From NCBI RefSeq assembly GCF_009914755.1, contig NC_060930.1: 64,000 nucleotides of DNA; one strand, 5' to 3'. The notes below the pieces were generated by a model. The model had not been told where the DNA came from. It searched no databases and saw nothing but the letters and a program-made list of their open reading frames with translations. The position numbers and the translations under genes were made by a program. The stretch comes from the human T2T-CHM13v2.0 reference genome, Homo sapiens. Shown here one piece after another: positions 51,501 through 64,000 of the stretch (position 1 is its first letter; each line of letters opens with the position of its first letter).

Positions 51501-53429
51501 GAAGTAGTTAGCACACAGTTCTTTTCCTCCTCCTCTTTGTTCCCTCTCCTGTTCCTGCCCACTTTTGGAACATGCCAATCTGTATCAAAGGCATGCCTTG
51601 ATACAGCAGGAAATACCCAGTAACACCTTTTATTTCACTCTTAGATACTAAGCACTGAAAGAAAGGCCCGCCCTCACATATTTAGAGCATCCACCATATT
51701 TCTTTTTTCTGTGTCTCACCAGATCCAGGGCATGTTATGCAGGCTGTTTGAATTAGGCAGCTCTGTTATGCTCATTTCTCCTCTTACCCGGGAGCCAAGA
51801 GTCCAGTTGTATGAAGGGTCAGATGGCAGTACAGTTTTCTTCTGCATCTCATTTCCTCCTTCAGAGTAGGCCAAAGAATGATGTCATTAGTCATACAGAG
51901 GTTAGGAAATGGGGGTTTCTACCCAAATACTGACAACTGATATGTAATTGTTGCTAGTCTTAATTTACTTAGCTCTAAAATAAGGTATGTTATCTGGCTG
52001 CTTGTCTGTTTACAGATTTCTGGTGAGTGATATTATGATAGTACTATTGAGCCACTTGAATTTATTGGAAGAAAGGAGCTATATAAATAACAGGTGTGTT
52101 TAAATATATATGAATACCTATCTGTGTCCCGGGTTGTCTTGGTTCACACCATTTAACAGTTCAGGCATTTGGCCTGGATGAGGAGATTCAGTTGGGCGAA
52201 CCCAGGATTCGCTGATGAGGATGGAGTTGTAAGAGGGATCCTTAGTGGAGAATCCAGTATTTGTTGAGCATTGGTTTTCAACCAGGTAGTTAGCACAGCA
52301 GGATGGCTAAATTCACAGAACAAAGACAGAAAAGAACTAGGCAAATCAGCAGTCCACAAACAGGAAATAAGCTTTTCAGAGACAAAGGAACCAGTGTGGA
52401 TATCCAAAGAAATCAGAAGCAGTCCAGCACATCCCTCCCACGTATCTAGGAAATTGCCACTAAGCAGTCACTCTCACACAGGTTTTAATTAACTAAAAAA
52501 GACGATAGGCAATCCAAATTATTCCTTCTCCCCAGGTTCATGAGCCCAACACACGGAGCCTTTTGAATTTGCAGCATTATATACCAGATGCCATAAATGT
52601 CACATTTGTGTGTGACAGAGCATAAGGGATTCCATTGGTAACTCTGGCCCGGGTGACTGGTGCTGGCCTGAAGCTGAGCCTAGGGCTAAAACATCCATAG
52701 TGAGCTTAAGACCACAGCCTGGCCCAAAAACCTCCTCATTATTGCAATTATATTGCTGTCAAACACTCCACAAACCATTAGAAGCATAGTAAAGAATTTG
52801 GGGGTCAAGTGTTTTGTTGGTTTGGGTTTCTGGGTTTTATTTTTGCAGTGTGCTTTTTACTTTGAAGTACACATCAGAGGAAAATTTGTAGTAGGGTATT
52901 TTTCTCCCTCTCTTTTTTTAAAATAACAGATTTAACAGAATAAAGGGTAAGTAAGAGTAGAGTATAGGTAAAACAGTTGGCCCTGTTTTTCTAAATAGGA
53001 AAATGTGTTACCTTACCTTTGTAATAATACGTAAAAACATCTGTATTTATGCAGCACTTTTTATTTTTTAAAATGCTTCCATTTGCACTATTTGTTTTGA
53101 TCCTCCCAGCAGCTCTTGAAGGTAGACGGGGTGCCAGAGGGCACAGGAGCAGGACCCAAAGTTGCAGAGTGGGCAGCATGTGGGTCTTCTGAGCCAAATG
53201 GAATCAAAGCCTGAGGCACTGATTGAAAATTGGGAAGAATGTATTTACAGATTTAATCTCATCAAGAAAACTTTCAACTATTAGGTGGCTAGCAGAGGCA
53301 ACAACTATCCCAATAAACTTGAAAACTGGACATGATAAAGGCAGCTGGGATGATACAAGAAGAGATGCGATTGTGGAGAAGAGCCAGTTCTTCTCAAGAG
53401 TAAACAAAGACATTAGCAGGAACAAACAA

Positions 53430-55790
53430 TTGACTTCCAAAGTCTCTCTGCCAATGCAGAGAATGGGAAGGACCAAGTTGCCCTGGCTTATGGGCACAAA
53501 AAGGTGAAAACAGTCTCAGAGATCCCACTGAGACTTGGCAGTGTCTTGTGCCTAGACTAGAGCTAACACAGAGAACTAAAATATAAAATGACACACCCCA
53601 CAGACATATCTAATAGGTAGGTAAAATGCTTGAAAATATATCCTTGTATAGCAGTTGACACTCTTGAGGGGGAAATGCAAGACAGGAATTTTAGGAATAT
53701 AAAAGGAAGCATCAAAAGAATAATGTGGGGATATTTAGTATAAAATATGGAGCAGACATTTAAAAAATACATTAATTAGCAAAGAAGCAAGATATGGGAT
53801 AATTTATCTTGTTATCTACTAAAAATATTATTCTCTTCAAAACAGAGCAGTTAATAATTCCCCCCCATGCCCTGTGAAGAGTTATGAGAAGGTGGAGGAG
53901 CAGTGAAGGGAATCCTACTTTGACCACCATCTGATTAATCTAGGGTAGAGCTACTTGGAATGTGGCTGGAGTGGGGAAGTGGCACTATCTTGGAATACGT
54001 GATAGCAGAGGGGGAGAATGCTGGATATGATCAGCCACATTCCCTGGAGTTTAGAAAAGCAGATTTTTTTGAAGTGCCAAGGAAAGGTGGATTTGGTCCG
54101 ACAATCAGAGGCTCAGTGCATTTGGGGAGTTATTTGGGGCTTTGTGTAAAGTTCTGAAAATGAAATTAGATCAGGAAGGCTAGGCTGCAAAAGGAGCTGA
54201 ACCCTTAGGGGAGTGCCCAAGTTAATAAAAGGAGCTAGTAACGCTATGTTCATAGAAGGAAAAAGAAGTAGAAGTGGATAGATCAGTATTTAGAGCAAGT
54301 CATGTAATATTTAACAAAAGAGGATGAAAAGGCAGGGCTCGGCAAATTTTATTTGGTTTCCATTGTCTCCGTAAAGAGAATGTTCTCTACACTGCAAAGA
54401 GTAGGGAATACCATAAAGAAGGGTACCAATCCCAAGTCAGGGGGAGAGAGAGAGAGATAGGCAGAGAACACCTGCTATGCTAAGCAAATTAGATCTTCCA
54501 GCTCACAAAAGGAAATTGGTAGATGATTTCATATCTACTTCTGGTTAATCTTTGCTCTGTAAAAAATACAGAAACGGACAAATGTTGACCAAATTTTTAA
54601 AATTGGGAAAGGGTTTCTGATTTCTGAAACTCTAGACAAGTAGTTTGATGGCTTACCCTCAAAAGACCTTGAATATATTATTAAAGAAATAGTTGATGAG
54701 CCCTTAGAAGAAAAAGGTTTCGGTTGACCAGAAACTCAGAGTGAAGTAGGCAGCATAGTAGAGTGAAAAGAGGATGGGTTTGAAGTTCTGGATCTGAATC
54801 CGGGCTTCACTATTTGTAGGCTGAGAGGGTTTAGGGAAACCACGTCAATTCTTTGAATCCTTGTTTTCTCATTTTTAAGTAAAATGGGAAAAATAGTAGC
54901 TCCTTTACAAGTTTGTTGCCAGAATTAAGAGAGAGAAGTGAAAGGCTCAAGCTTGGAATATAACGAAGAGTCAATAAATGTTTGTTTTTAAAAAGCAAAG
55001 ACCTTGCGTAAGCATATGCACAGAGGAAAGAATAAAAAAATAAAATATAAAAAGCGAAGGCCTAACAGTGGGACTTGACTGCTGAAAAGCACATGCATTC
55101 TTGGGTGGCATTAGCAGAGGTATAGTGTTTTACATGAGGGAGGAAGAATTCCACTGGACTCTCTGCTAGTCAGGCTACTGCATTCCATTCTGGGCTCCAC
55201 CCTTTAAGAGGGGCATTAACAAGGTGAAGTGTATTCCTGGGTCAGTGGCAGCTGGTCTCACTAGCATGTCCCTAGGAGGACAGACAGCATAGAAGGGCCC
55301 TGGGAACTTGTGCCCTGGGAACTGGGTGCCAGAACTGGGGACGTTTAAAAATAACAATCTGGAGCAAATATGATGACTCCTTTTAATTTTTTCAAAGACT
55401 GAGATTTGGAAGAGGAGTTGATCTGTGCTGGGAGACCCTGGCAAACAGTAGGTAGAAGTGACAGGGAGGTGGAGTGGTTAAACTTTCTAATAATCAATGC
55501 TGGTTGACAACAAAATAGACTGCCTCAATTATATTGCATAGAGACCTGCAGTTGTATTACAACCCTCTTTAGCAAGCCACCAGGAAAATTGGTGCAAAGG
55601 AGAAAGATTGCTATGGTATGAATCACTCTTTTGGCTGTGTAGATGGGTATGAATGTTTGTCTCTGTCACAGGAAGTATGGATGCCACCTGGAAGATGACC
55701 TATGTGTAGAAGGAAACCCAAGCTTGCTGTGGGAGATAGGTTGGGTTTCACCTGCGAAGTTCCTTAGAGTTCTAAATGTCAGTGATTCTG
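53430..55790 (+). mobile_element. L3/CR1 LINE fossil (ORF2 remnants and 3' end), interrupted by a MIR
   Basis: Degenerate CR1 ORF2 motifs in the expected order: TETW (~53527), LEYVI...LEFRKADF (ORF 53960), NV..IFK.GK (~54580), LEYIIK (~54670), AFLGGISRGIV (~55095), then an L3-like 3' end. Confidence 0.75.
54748..54988 (+). mobile_element. MIR nested in L3
   Basis: 'ggcagcatagtagagtgaaaagag...ctgaatccgggcttcactattt...gtaaaatgggaaaaatagtag...tcaataaatgtttg'. Confidence 0.8.
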
Positions 55791-55879
55791 GAATTTCAAA
55801 ACAGAAAGTTATTGTCAAATATTAGTCACCTATCTTAATCCTGTAATTTGTAGGAAAGTGCAAAAAACCCTTGAGATAG

Positions 55880-56092
55880 TGGGGCAGTATGAGTTTTGAA
55901 GCCAGACAGATTTAACTTAGAATCTGGATCTGCCATCTATTATCTGCATAGGTAATCTTGAGCAAGTTATTTAACCTATCTAACCCCCAGTTACCTATAT
56001 GATAAGGTATTTGTGGAGGTTCAATGAGGAAATTCATGTAGCATGCTCAGCATGGGTACTAGAGCTTAAATAAAGCTACCTATTGTTACTAG
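55880..56092 (+). mobile_element. MIR
   Basis: 'tttgaagccagacagattt...cttgagcaagttatttaacct...gcatgctcagca'. Confidence 0.75.
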
Positions 56093-57229
56093 TGTATAAT
56101 TTATTAGTATTACATCAAACTGGGGCTTGCAGTAGTCACAATAATAAAAGCCATGACTTTCATTAGAGTGTCCTGGAGATATTTGAGGACTGGGCAGAGA
56201 TGGATACCAGGGGCTGAGTTGGGCAACTTAGGGTGCCCACAGGTAGGTTCAGGCTATGGCCCAGGGTGCAGAAAATGTGCAAGAGACTGTCAGAAGAGAA
56301 CTGAATGAAGCAATGCAAGTAAAGCCCATAGCCAGGTGCCTGGCAGAGCCCAAGCAATCAGTATGTAGTTGGTGAGTGGATGTGATGTCACTAGGAGCAG
56401 CTGCAGACTTTTGAAAAGCAGCCAGAAAGTGGGCTAAGGTAGTGGACACAATGAGGGATTATCAGAGGTGCCATTAGTTCTGCTCAGCAGTGCCCTTGAC
56501 CTGGGCCACCAGCACACAACGTAAGCTTGGCCCTGTGGTGTTTCAGGGGTACCACCCATCACCAGGGTGAGATACAACCCAGGGAGTGAGGAGGCTGGAA
56601 GGCAGATTCAAAGTCCCTGGCGTGGGGGTTGGGGGGACTGCTCCAGATGCCACTGATAATCACAGCAATCCTTCCAAAAAGTCCTCTTACTTGATGTCTG
56701 CTTAGTTGTGTTGTGGAACTAAAACCACATATTTTAGAATATGATTTTTGCCATTTTCTAAAAAAAAGTTTGCATGACAGAAGAAATGAGGTGTGTGACC
56801 ACAGACAGAAGCTGGGCAACTAGCATACTTCACTTTTTAACACATTAGTTTGATGGGTTTCCCTTATATACAAGTACAACCCAAAGTCCTTCCCTGCAAC
56901 TTTTCTTAAACTCTTATAGTCACAAATAATGAAACTTCAAATATTCATTAGAAAGCAGGAAGAAAAACAGTGACACAAAAAGAGAGCCAAATATATACTT
57001 GAAAAACAAAAAGTTACAGTAAATAAGGTAAATACATATCTGAAAAAAGATTCAGATAATACATTTTAAAAAAAGAGGAGTCACAGTATTGGGTTAGAAG
57101 AACAAAGGGAAATTTGACATTGAGACAGTAGATATTAAGGATTTTTTTTTGCTAAAAGCTGTTAGTTGCATGTTAACCTTTAGAACAAATCTGTTGATAG
57201 AGGAGAGTGTGTGCTAATTTTTCCACTTA

Positions 57230-57560
57230 TTGCTAATAGACAGATTTTGAACTCTGCAAGGGCAGGTGTACTAAGTCTCTCCTGCCCTGTTCCACAGCCC
57301 ATTGCCTTCTGGAGCACAGCGCAGTACTTATTTCTGAATGAATAAAAGTGTTACAAATAGAAGATCGGTTTTCTCTTAAGCTTCAGTTTGAAGCAGAGAT
57401 GCTTGAATGAAAACAAAACAAAAACTTGTGCCTCCAGTTTCCTGGGGCAGATTCTACCTCATATGAGGGCAGGAGCTTCATTTTACTCATGTCCCAGGTT
57501 CCTAGCACAGCACCTCACCCATGATGGGCCCTGAATAAATGTTCACTTTTCAATGAGTAA
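57230..57560 (+). mobile_element. Two L2 3' end fragments
   Basis: 'aagggcagg...gcacagc...ctgaatgaata' and 'tgagggcaggagc...cctagcacagcacct...aataaatgtt'. Confidence 0.6.
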
Positions 57561-59534
57561 ACTGGATTATGTGATGGCAAATTTTTCAGGGCAGAGAGTA
57601 GTTGTGATACTTGGAGCTGATAAAATGGGCATGGGACGGCCTGGCAATGGGAGATGGGCTAGGACGTTGCTCCCTTCTTAGGAGGCACGTTTTCCATGTC
57701 TGTAGTCCCCTCCCAGTTTCCTTTCTTTCTCACATGTTTCCCCAGGCAGGGTCGTCACTGTGGATGATCTCCTTTTACAGCTGAGCACTGAGGCTCAGAG
57801 GGATTAAATGCCTGGCTCCACTGGGAGCTGGAGGTTGGAGGAGAGGATGAGATGATCACCGAGGTTCCTTTCAGGGCTTAATTTCACTGCTTTGAGATTT
57901 CTTAGGTGATTTCTGTGCCCTCTCAGGACCAAATAACTGGAAAACAAAGAGGCAGGCATTTGGTACCAGGCAGACCAGGTTTTTTGATGTACGATTGAAT
58001 TTTTTAGTTTCCATCTGGATGATTTGTATTGTGAAGGTGTAAGTTGCATTCATCCACCTTAAATGAAGCAGAGAGTTTTGTCATGGTATATTAATACTCT
58101 TAAGCAACGTAAAACATCACCCCAAAGAGAAAAATCGTCTTCTGAATCATGTGTTTGGCTGTCAGGGTGGGCCTGCAGTCACTGAATACAGGCCAGGATT
58201 CCATCTCTTGCATTGGCTGTAGAATCAGAGACTTGGGTCCATGATAAGCCATTTGTTAAAGCTCATTGAGATCCTGAAAACCAAGCCCATCTCTGCTCTG
58301 CCTTACAGAGTTCATGGCACATGAGAAAGAGAAGGAAGGATCTGCTCCTGTGACCTGGGCCAAGATTTCTAGAACCCAGCTTAAAATTTATAAGATAAGT
58401 AGAACTTGAGTCATGGTATAAAGTTCCTACAGGGCAGTTTTCTAATGAGATTTTTTCACTTCTAACAAAGATGTTCTTTAGCCTCTCCTTGAGCTCCAAA
58501 TCTTATTTAAGAGAGAGAGAGAGCTAGAGCAAGCTAGAGAATGAATAAAATACAAAGCAAAACAGACAAACAAACAAAAAAACCCAAATAAAAAGAACTA
58601 TGTAGCAAACACCAGCATGTTGGAATCTAAACCTGCAGAAAGTTTCTTGTTTTGAAAATGAACTTCTTCATGCATTTGTTTTTATTGTATAAGAGCCCTT
58701 CCTGTTTCTACTTTAAATTCCTCTCTCAATTCCGTATGGCTTTGCATGTCTATGACTAGGTCATCTTTTTCCTTCCTTCACTCAAATCCAGCTCTGCAAG
58801 AAAAACTTGGAATGGTGAGCTTAGTGTTGGTGTGCCCTTCCCCATTTTGTGGGGGCTCTTCCCTCAAGTGAACATTCTGCCATGGCAGGTTGGGGTCATC
58901 CAGTCTTAAAAGGCACCTGATACTGTGGCTTCTGGCCTTTCCTTTGGAAGATAGTTCTGCCATGTAATGAGTCAAGCAGATCGTCCATCAGCTCTGTTTT
59001 TTAATACAATATGCATGGCACAGTTTATGGCTTCCACTATTCAAACAGCAGTTGAGCCGAAGAGGAATGATTCATTTTAATGGTTCTAACGCTCATTTCC
59101 AAGCAGCCATGTCGCTTTATCAAGCTTTTGCCTGAATTAGAAAATGACTGGCCTTGGAAAAATAAGAGGGCTCAGCAGGAGTTGAATAGAGGCTTTTCAG
59201 GATGGTGGGCAGCTGGGATGCACATAGAATTGTGGGCTGGTTCCTTGTCCCTGCAGACAGCTCCTCTGTTAGCCCTGGGGACAGAGCCTCCTAGGGAGCA
59301 AGGTGGGGGCTGGTATCTGTGAGGTGTAGCATGAGTTTGCCCAGAGAGAAACGTGCCCTGTTTTATCTCAAAGACACACAGGCTCATAGGAAAGCAGTGG
59401 ATGAAAATCTCCCTTTCCCTCTTCCTGCAGCCATAGAAGCATCCTCCCCATAAAACACATGTAAAACATGTGGGACAGGCTGGGGATTGAAAATATATAC
59501 TCTGTAAGAAGCTTAGTGATATGCCTAGCACACA

Positions 59535-59670
59535 ATCATTAGACTGTTAGCTCCATTTTACAGATAAAGAAACTGAGGCTGAGATTTTCGTAATGTTGCA
59601 CTGCTAATAAGGAATAAAGCCCAGATTCATGCCAACATCTTTTGATTCTAAATCCCATGTGATTTCCATA
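59535..59670 (-). mobile_element. MIR
   Basis: 'ctccattttacagataaagaaactgaggctgaga' is the reverse MIR core. Confidence 0.8.
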
Positions 59671-61647
59671 GCCTCTTTTGCCACTCAGGGACACTGAACT
59701 AGGGCCCTGCTGGTGGCAGTGTCTAGACCCAAAGGAACAGTTGATACTGGGACCACGGCATTCCAGGGTAGGGCTGGGAGCAAGTGCTCAGGTGGGTCAG
59801 TCTGAGGCCCTCAGCTCATGCTGTGAGGTGACTGTCTACAGGCAGAGCAGACCCCAAAGCCTTCAAAACACTGAGCACCCCTGCCCACATCCCTCCATCC
59901 TCCTTTGCTTCACTTGAATGAGTTCATGATTTTTGAGCTGGCCTAGACTACAAGATCAGTGCCACAGTCAACATGCCAAGGCCCAGAGAACCTCCCTTTT
60001 ATGATAAGCTACAGTTTTGCTTAAGGAGCTACAACGTCTGAGCTGTTACCTAGGAGATACATTAGTAGACAGTCAGATGAAGTGGAAAGCACGTGAAGAT
60101 TTTTTTTGTTTTATTTTTCAAATTGTTGATGGCATTCACGGAGGTGCTAATATCTTTTTTTTTTTTTTTTTTTTTACTGTTCCATTGCTACAAACATCTT
60201 TGCCCAGTTAAAGATTTCAGCAAAAGGGTTTCTTAATTAAATATTGCCTGATGCCAGATTACTGCTCAGAAGGCAGTGGTGGATTCCATTAAAGGCTGAA
60301 CTTTACTCCCACAGCTAACAGCTGATGAATGTGTTAATTAGGAACCCTGTCCCCCTCCCTCAGTTGCCTGAGTTTTTTCTTAAGCCCAGAAGAACCTGTA
60401 TATCGTGCCCATGTGGGTAACCTCATGGCATACTTTGGCCTTGACTTTGACGTTTATATAAAAATAAAGGCTCAGTTGCCAACATGAATAGCTTTCTCTC
60501 TTTCTGGGGAAATACAAGATGGAAAGAGTTATAAGAACCACAAGTCGTGCCTTTCGGCTTTCTTATATCAGGAGCAAGTGATATATGTGCTGAGGCAGTG
60601 TCTTTGGAGCAGTTGAGCGGTGTAGGTTGCCACACATTTATTTCACAGGAAAGGAGTGAATCCATCAGGCCACTGAGCTTATAAGTACTACTCTGGCAGT
60701 CAGCCACCCAAATATAAATACTCTAAATGGACTAAAGGAAATGTTCATTCTGTTGTTTAGAGTTGGACCCATCCCAGGAAGGTAAATTTAATCTTTTTGA
60801 GGACTGCTGTTATAGGGTTGAATGGAATACGCATTTGTTTATCTCCTTTGTGATCTTTTTGTCTTCCTGGTGATACATTATGTATTTGTGATAGGAAGCA
60901 TTTCAGCTGTCTCGCTCAATGGCATTGCATTTGCTGGTTGTTGGGTCCCCAGATTGGCATCGTTAAACAGCTTCAGCCTCTGTCCAATCTAGGACCTGTT
61001 AGTGAGAGAAGTGGAACCAAAGAGGCCAGATTCCAACAGAAACAAAGCTGGGGTGAAATTAGGGGGAAATCATTCCAGAGCTCAGTGCGTAAATCCCTGC
61101 ACTTCTTAATCTTTATCTTCTAAAATATCTGAAGGAATTTTGGTACTTCTTGGCATAATGAGGAAAAAATAATTCCTCAGAAAGTTAAAAAGTGAAATAA
61201 AATGTAAAGCTGTCAGTGAAAGAAGGAAAGAATAACCCACCACACCACAATTCAGAAAACCAGAGTTTATGAGACACACATTGTGTTTTCCTGGATATGC
61301 AAATGTTGTTTTATTAAAGAGAGAGGGATATGGTATATATTTTCATCTAACTACCACATCTTAAGTAATCAGTTCAGGCTCTTATGATGAAATCTTTAAT
61401 TACTAGAAGTGTGTCATTAGTTAGATGTAGAATGAATGATAGTACCGTGTTTTATTGCCTCACATGATATAGCCATTTGTGCCATAAATTCATTGACCTC
61501 ATCTTAAATGATGAGTCCTGTAAGACAGACTTGATTCATTATTTCTTAAGTGACAGTTTTTCCTCTAATAATTTTTTGCTTCACCAGAAAGATTGCTTTT
61601 CTGTATTTTTAGATCAGTATTCTGAATTGAAATTTAATAAGGCAAGG

Positions 61648-61668
61648 ACACACACACACACACACACA

Positions 61669-61698
<30 letters not shown>
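61648..61698. repeat. Compound (CA)n(CT)n microsatellite
   Basis: Read directly from the sequence. Confidence 0.95.
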
Positions 61699-61699
<1 letters not shown>

Positions 61700-64000
61700 A
61701 CGTTACCGAAAACAAGATAGTCATGAACTGTCACACTACTACTTGAACACTTTGGGATGCTGCTGAAAATCAAGCAGCTAACCATAGGCCTTTGCTTTAA
61801 TGGGAAAGTTTGATGAAATAGGATTTTGCTTCTAACTTTGATGTCTGTAATTCTTTTTATGTCAAAATCGATGAGATATGGTGGAGAATTCTCATTTGAC
61901 AATTGGGATAGATCTATGAGCATTCCTTATTCATCATTGGATTACTGAAAGTGAAGGAAGGGAAGGGAGAACATATAAATTATATTTAGATTATTATTAT
62001 TTTTTACTCCATTTGAAAATATTTATTTGGCTTGAGGAAACAGGAATCCTTTGGAGGCAAATAATTCAATCTGGCAATTTAAAAACCAATTAAGGATTTC
62101 AGAAAACCCTTCTCCCTTATGGCTAAAAAATAAGATCCAAAAAAATATGCCAGAAAATGGGTATATTATTTTAATTAGCTTAATTCATTGATAATTTTTT
62201 TTAGTCAATGATTAAAGAAGCTATTTTTGATCCTTCACTTCAAGCTTGTAAATTTGCACTGCAGGCTTTCTATGGATGCCTAATATTGAAACAGAAGCAG
62301 GTGGTTTTATTTCATAGTGGAATTTAAGTGCCACATCATTATACATTAATTTTATTTAAATGATCAGGTTTATAAAACAATAACTTACATGCATCATGTT
62401 TCTAATACTTGTTTACTTAACCTTTATCTAGATGAAAAATTTGAGGGTCTGATGGATTCTGTGGGTCTCTTCTCATCAGAGGCAATTCTGCACTTTTTTG
62501 TAAACTGGGCATCTCAATTATGATAAAAGCTTCCCTTAATTCAGGAGGAACATGAAACACTATAGCGAAACACAGGAGTATATTAGCACTGAAATTTTTT
62601 TTTACCACTTTAATAACTGCAACAGTTTTGATAGCTAAATTGAAAGAATGCCTTTCTAATCATCAAAGGTAACTCAGCAGTTTTCTCACTCTCCAAAATT
62701 TTTTGCAAGAAGTAGTTTGAACGGGCAATTTGATGAGACTAAACAAAACACGAATGTGTGCCAACATGTTGTTCAGTCTCACACTATCAAGTTTATTACC
62801 TGCAAATATCAGTGGAAAAAAAGCGAGAAGGAAAAGAGTGGATTTACACATACAGACCCACATCTGCCACGTGCGTGTTCGCCTATGATCACATACCAGC
62901 ATGCCACCACTGTTTACAATCAAGGAAAGCTGAGAGTTAAATGAGATGAGTAATCAAATGCCCAGCATATGTTGTTTTTGCATTGTTTATGTGACCAATC
63001 ATTATTAAAATTTATCATCTTTTAATTATATCAGTTTATGATAGTTTTTTTAAAAAACCAACACGCACCAACAACAGAACAACAGACAGCCTCTTCAACA
63101 AAAACAGGCTCTCATTTAGAACAATATTGGAACCAGTGCTTTATTGGGGGAGAGACTCAAATTCAATAGACTCACCATTGCACTGTTTCACAATTCTTTC
63201 TTTGCTGCTATATATGGCTTGAGTGCTGAGAAAATGGCCCCCCCCCAAAAAAAAGGAAAAAAAGAAAAAAGATTGTGTGTGTAAAACTCTGTCAAAAAAA
63301 AGTAAGGCACTGAAAGAACTATTGAAAATTTTGACATCTGTTTATCTGTTTATAGCTATGGCAAGATCACTCATATTAATTCTTGTTTAAAATGCCATAT
63401 GAAGGAAAGACATTTGTGCAAACAAGAGTCATATTTGAATTGTAGATCATGTCTTCACCATCTGTGAGAGCTGATGGTGTTGCAAAATTAATGTGTTAAT
63501 GAAATCACAATAATTTCTCCAAAGTAATGGGTTCTGAAGCTGAGAATGAGTATTTTTTGAACTTTGATGTCTAGTGATTTCCAATTGGGAAAAGCTCTCA
63601 GCCTTTAATTAGTTCTGCAGCCCAACTTTAAAATAAATTTGGTGATGTCTTTCTTTTGCCAAGAGTAGATTTGAAGGGGGGAAAAAGCCATAACAACTTT
63701 TGGAAAATGTTCTCTGGTGTTTGAAAAGTTGTTAAATAAGACTGCCTGCCAAGAAATGTCACCAAAAATTCTGACTACTGAGAGAGAGTGGGCAAACAGC
63801 TCAAAAAATAATTCTAGCTTGCTGCAACATCACAGGTTGGGAATAGCTAAACCTCACACAGACTTCATGATTAATTCCAAGTTTCTCCTTGGAAGCCAGA
63901 CATAATGATGTTCAGCGCTTTGTGTTATTGGTTAACACAGTACACTCTTTCCAACTGCATTATCAAACATAGTCAACAGTGTAAAGTGACTTCGCATGAG

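Noticed and set aside
53960-54157. 65-aa ORF with LEFRKADF
   Set aside because: Remnant of L3/CR1 ORF2; surrounding frames are broken.

Overview
Human/primate non-coding DNA, most consistent with the inside of one very long intron. The repeat set (Alu J/S/Y, MIR, L2, L3/CR1, L1M, MER5/MER104/MER112/Tigger4a) fixes the lineage. I find no credible protein-coding exon; the listed ORFs are chance frames or repeat-derived. Repeat density is modest and mostly ancient, with several multi-kb blocks where I recognise no repeat and which look like enhancer-type sequence. The best transcript signal is a minus-strand splice chain from a CpG-enriched element (~47.6-48.0 kb) to a 108-nt exon (42650-42543) and a terminal exon from 42423 with an AATAAA at 42164-42159, i.e. 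a candidate antisense lncRNA. From memory this layout resembles PBX1 intron 2 / PBX1-AS1, but no PBX1 exon is in the window and I cannot verify it. Other points of note: a ~2.3 kb L3/CR1 fossil with readable ORF2 motifs, two clean nested insertions, candidate plus-strand poison and recursive-splice exons, an inverted Alu pair around the CpG element, and several non-B-DNA motifs. I see no evidence of a wholly new biological system. Repeat names come from visual comparison with remembered consensus sequences, and boundaries of old repeats are approximate.
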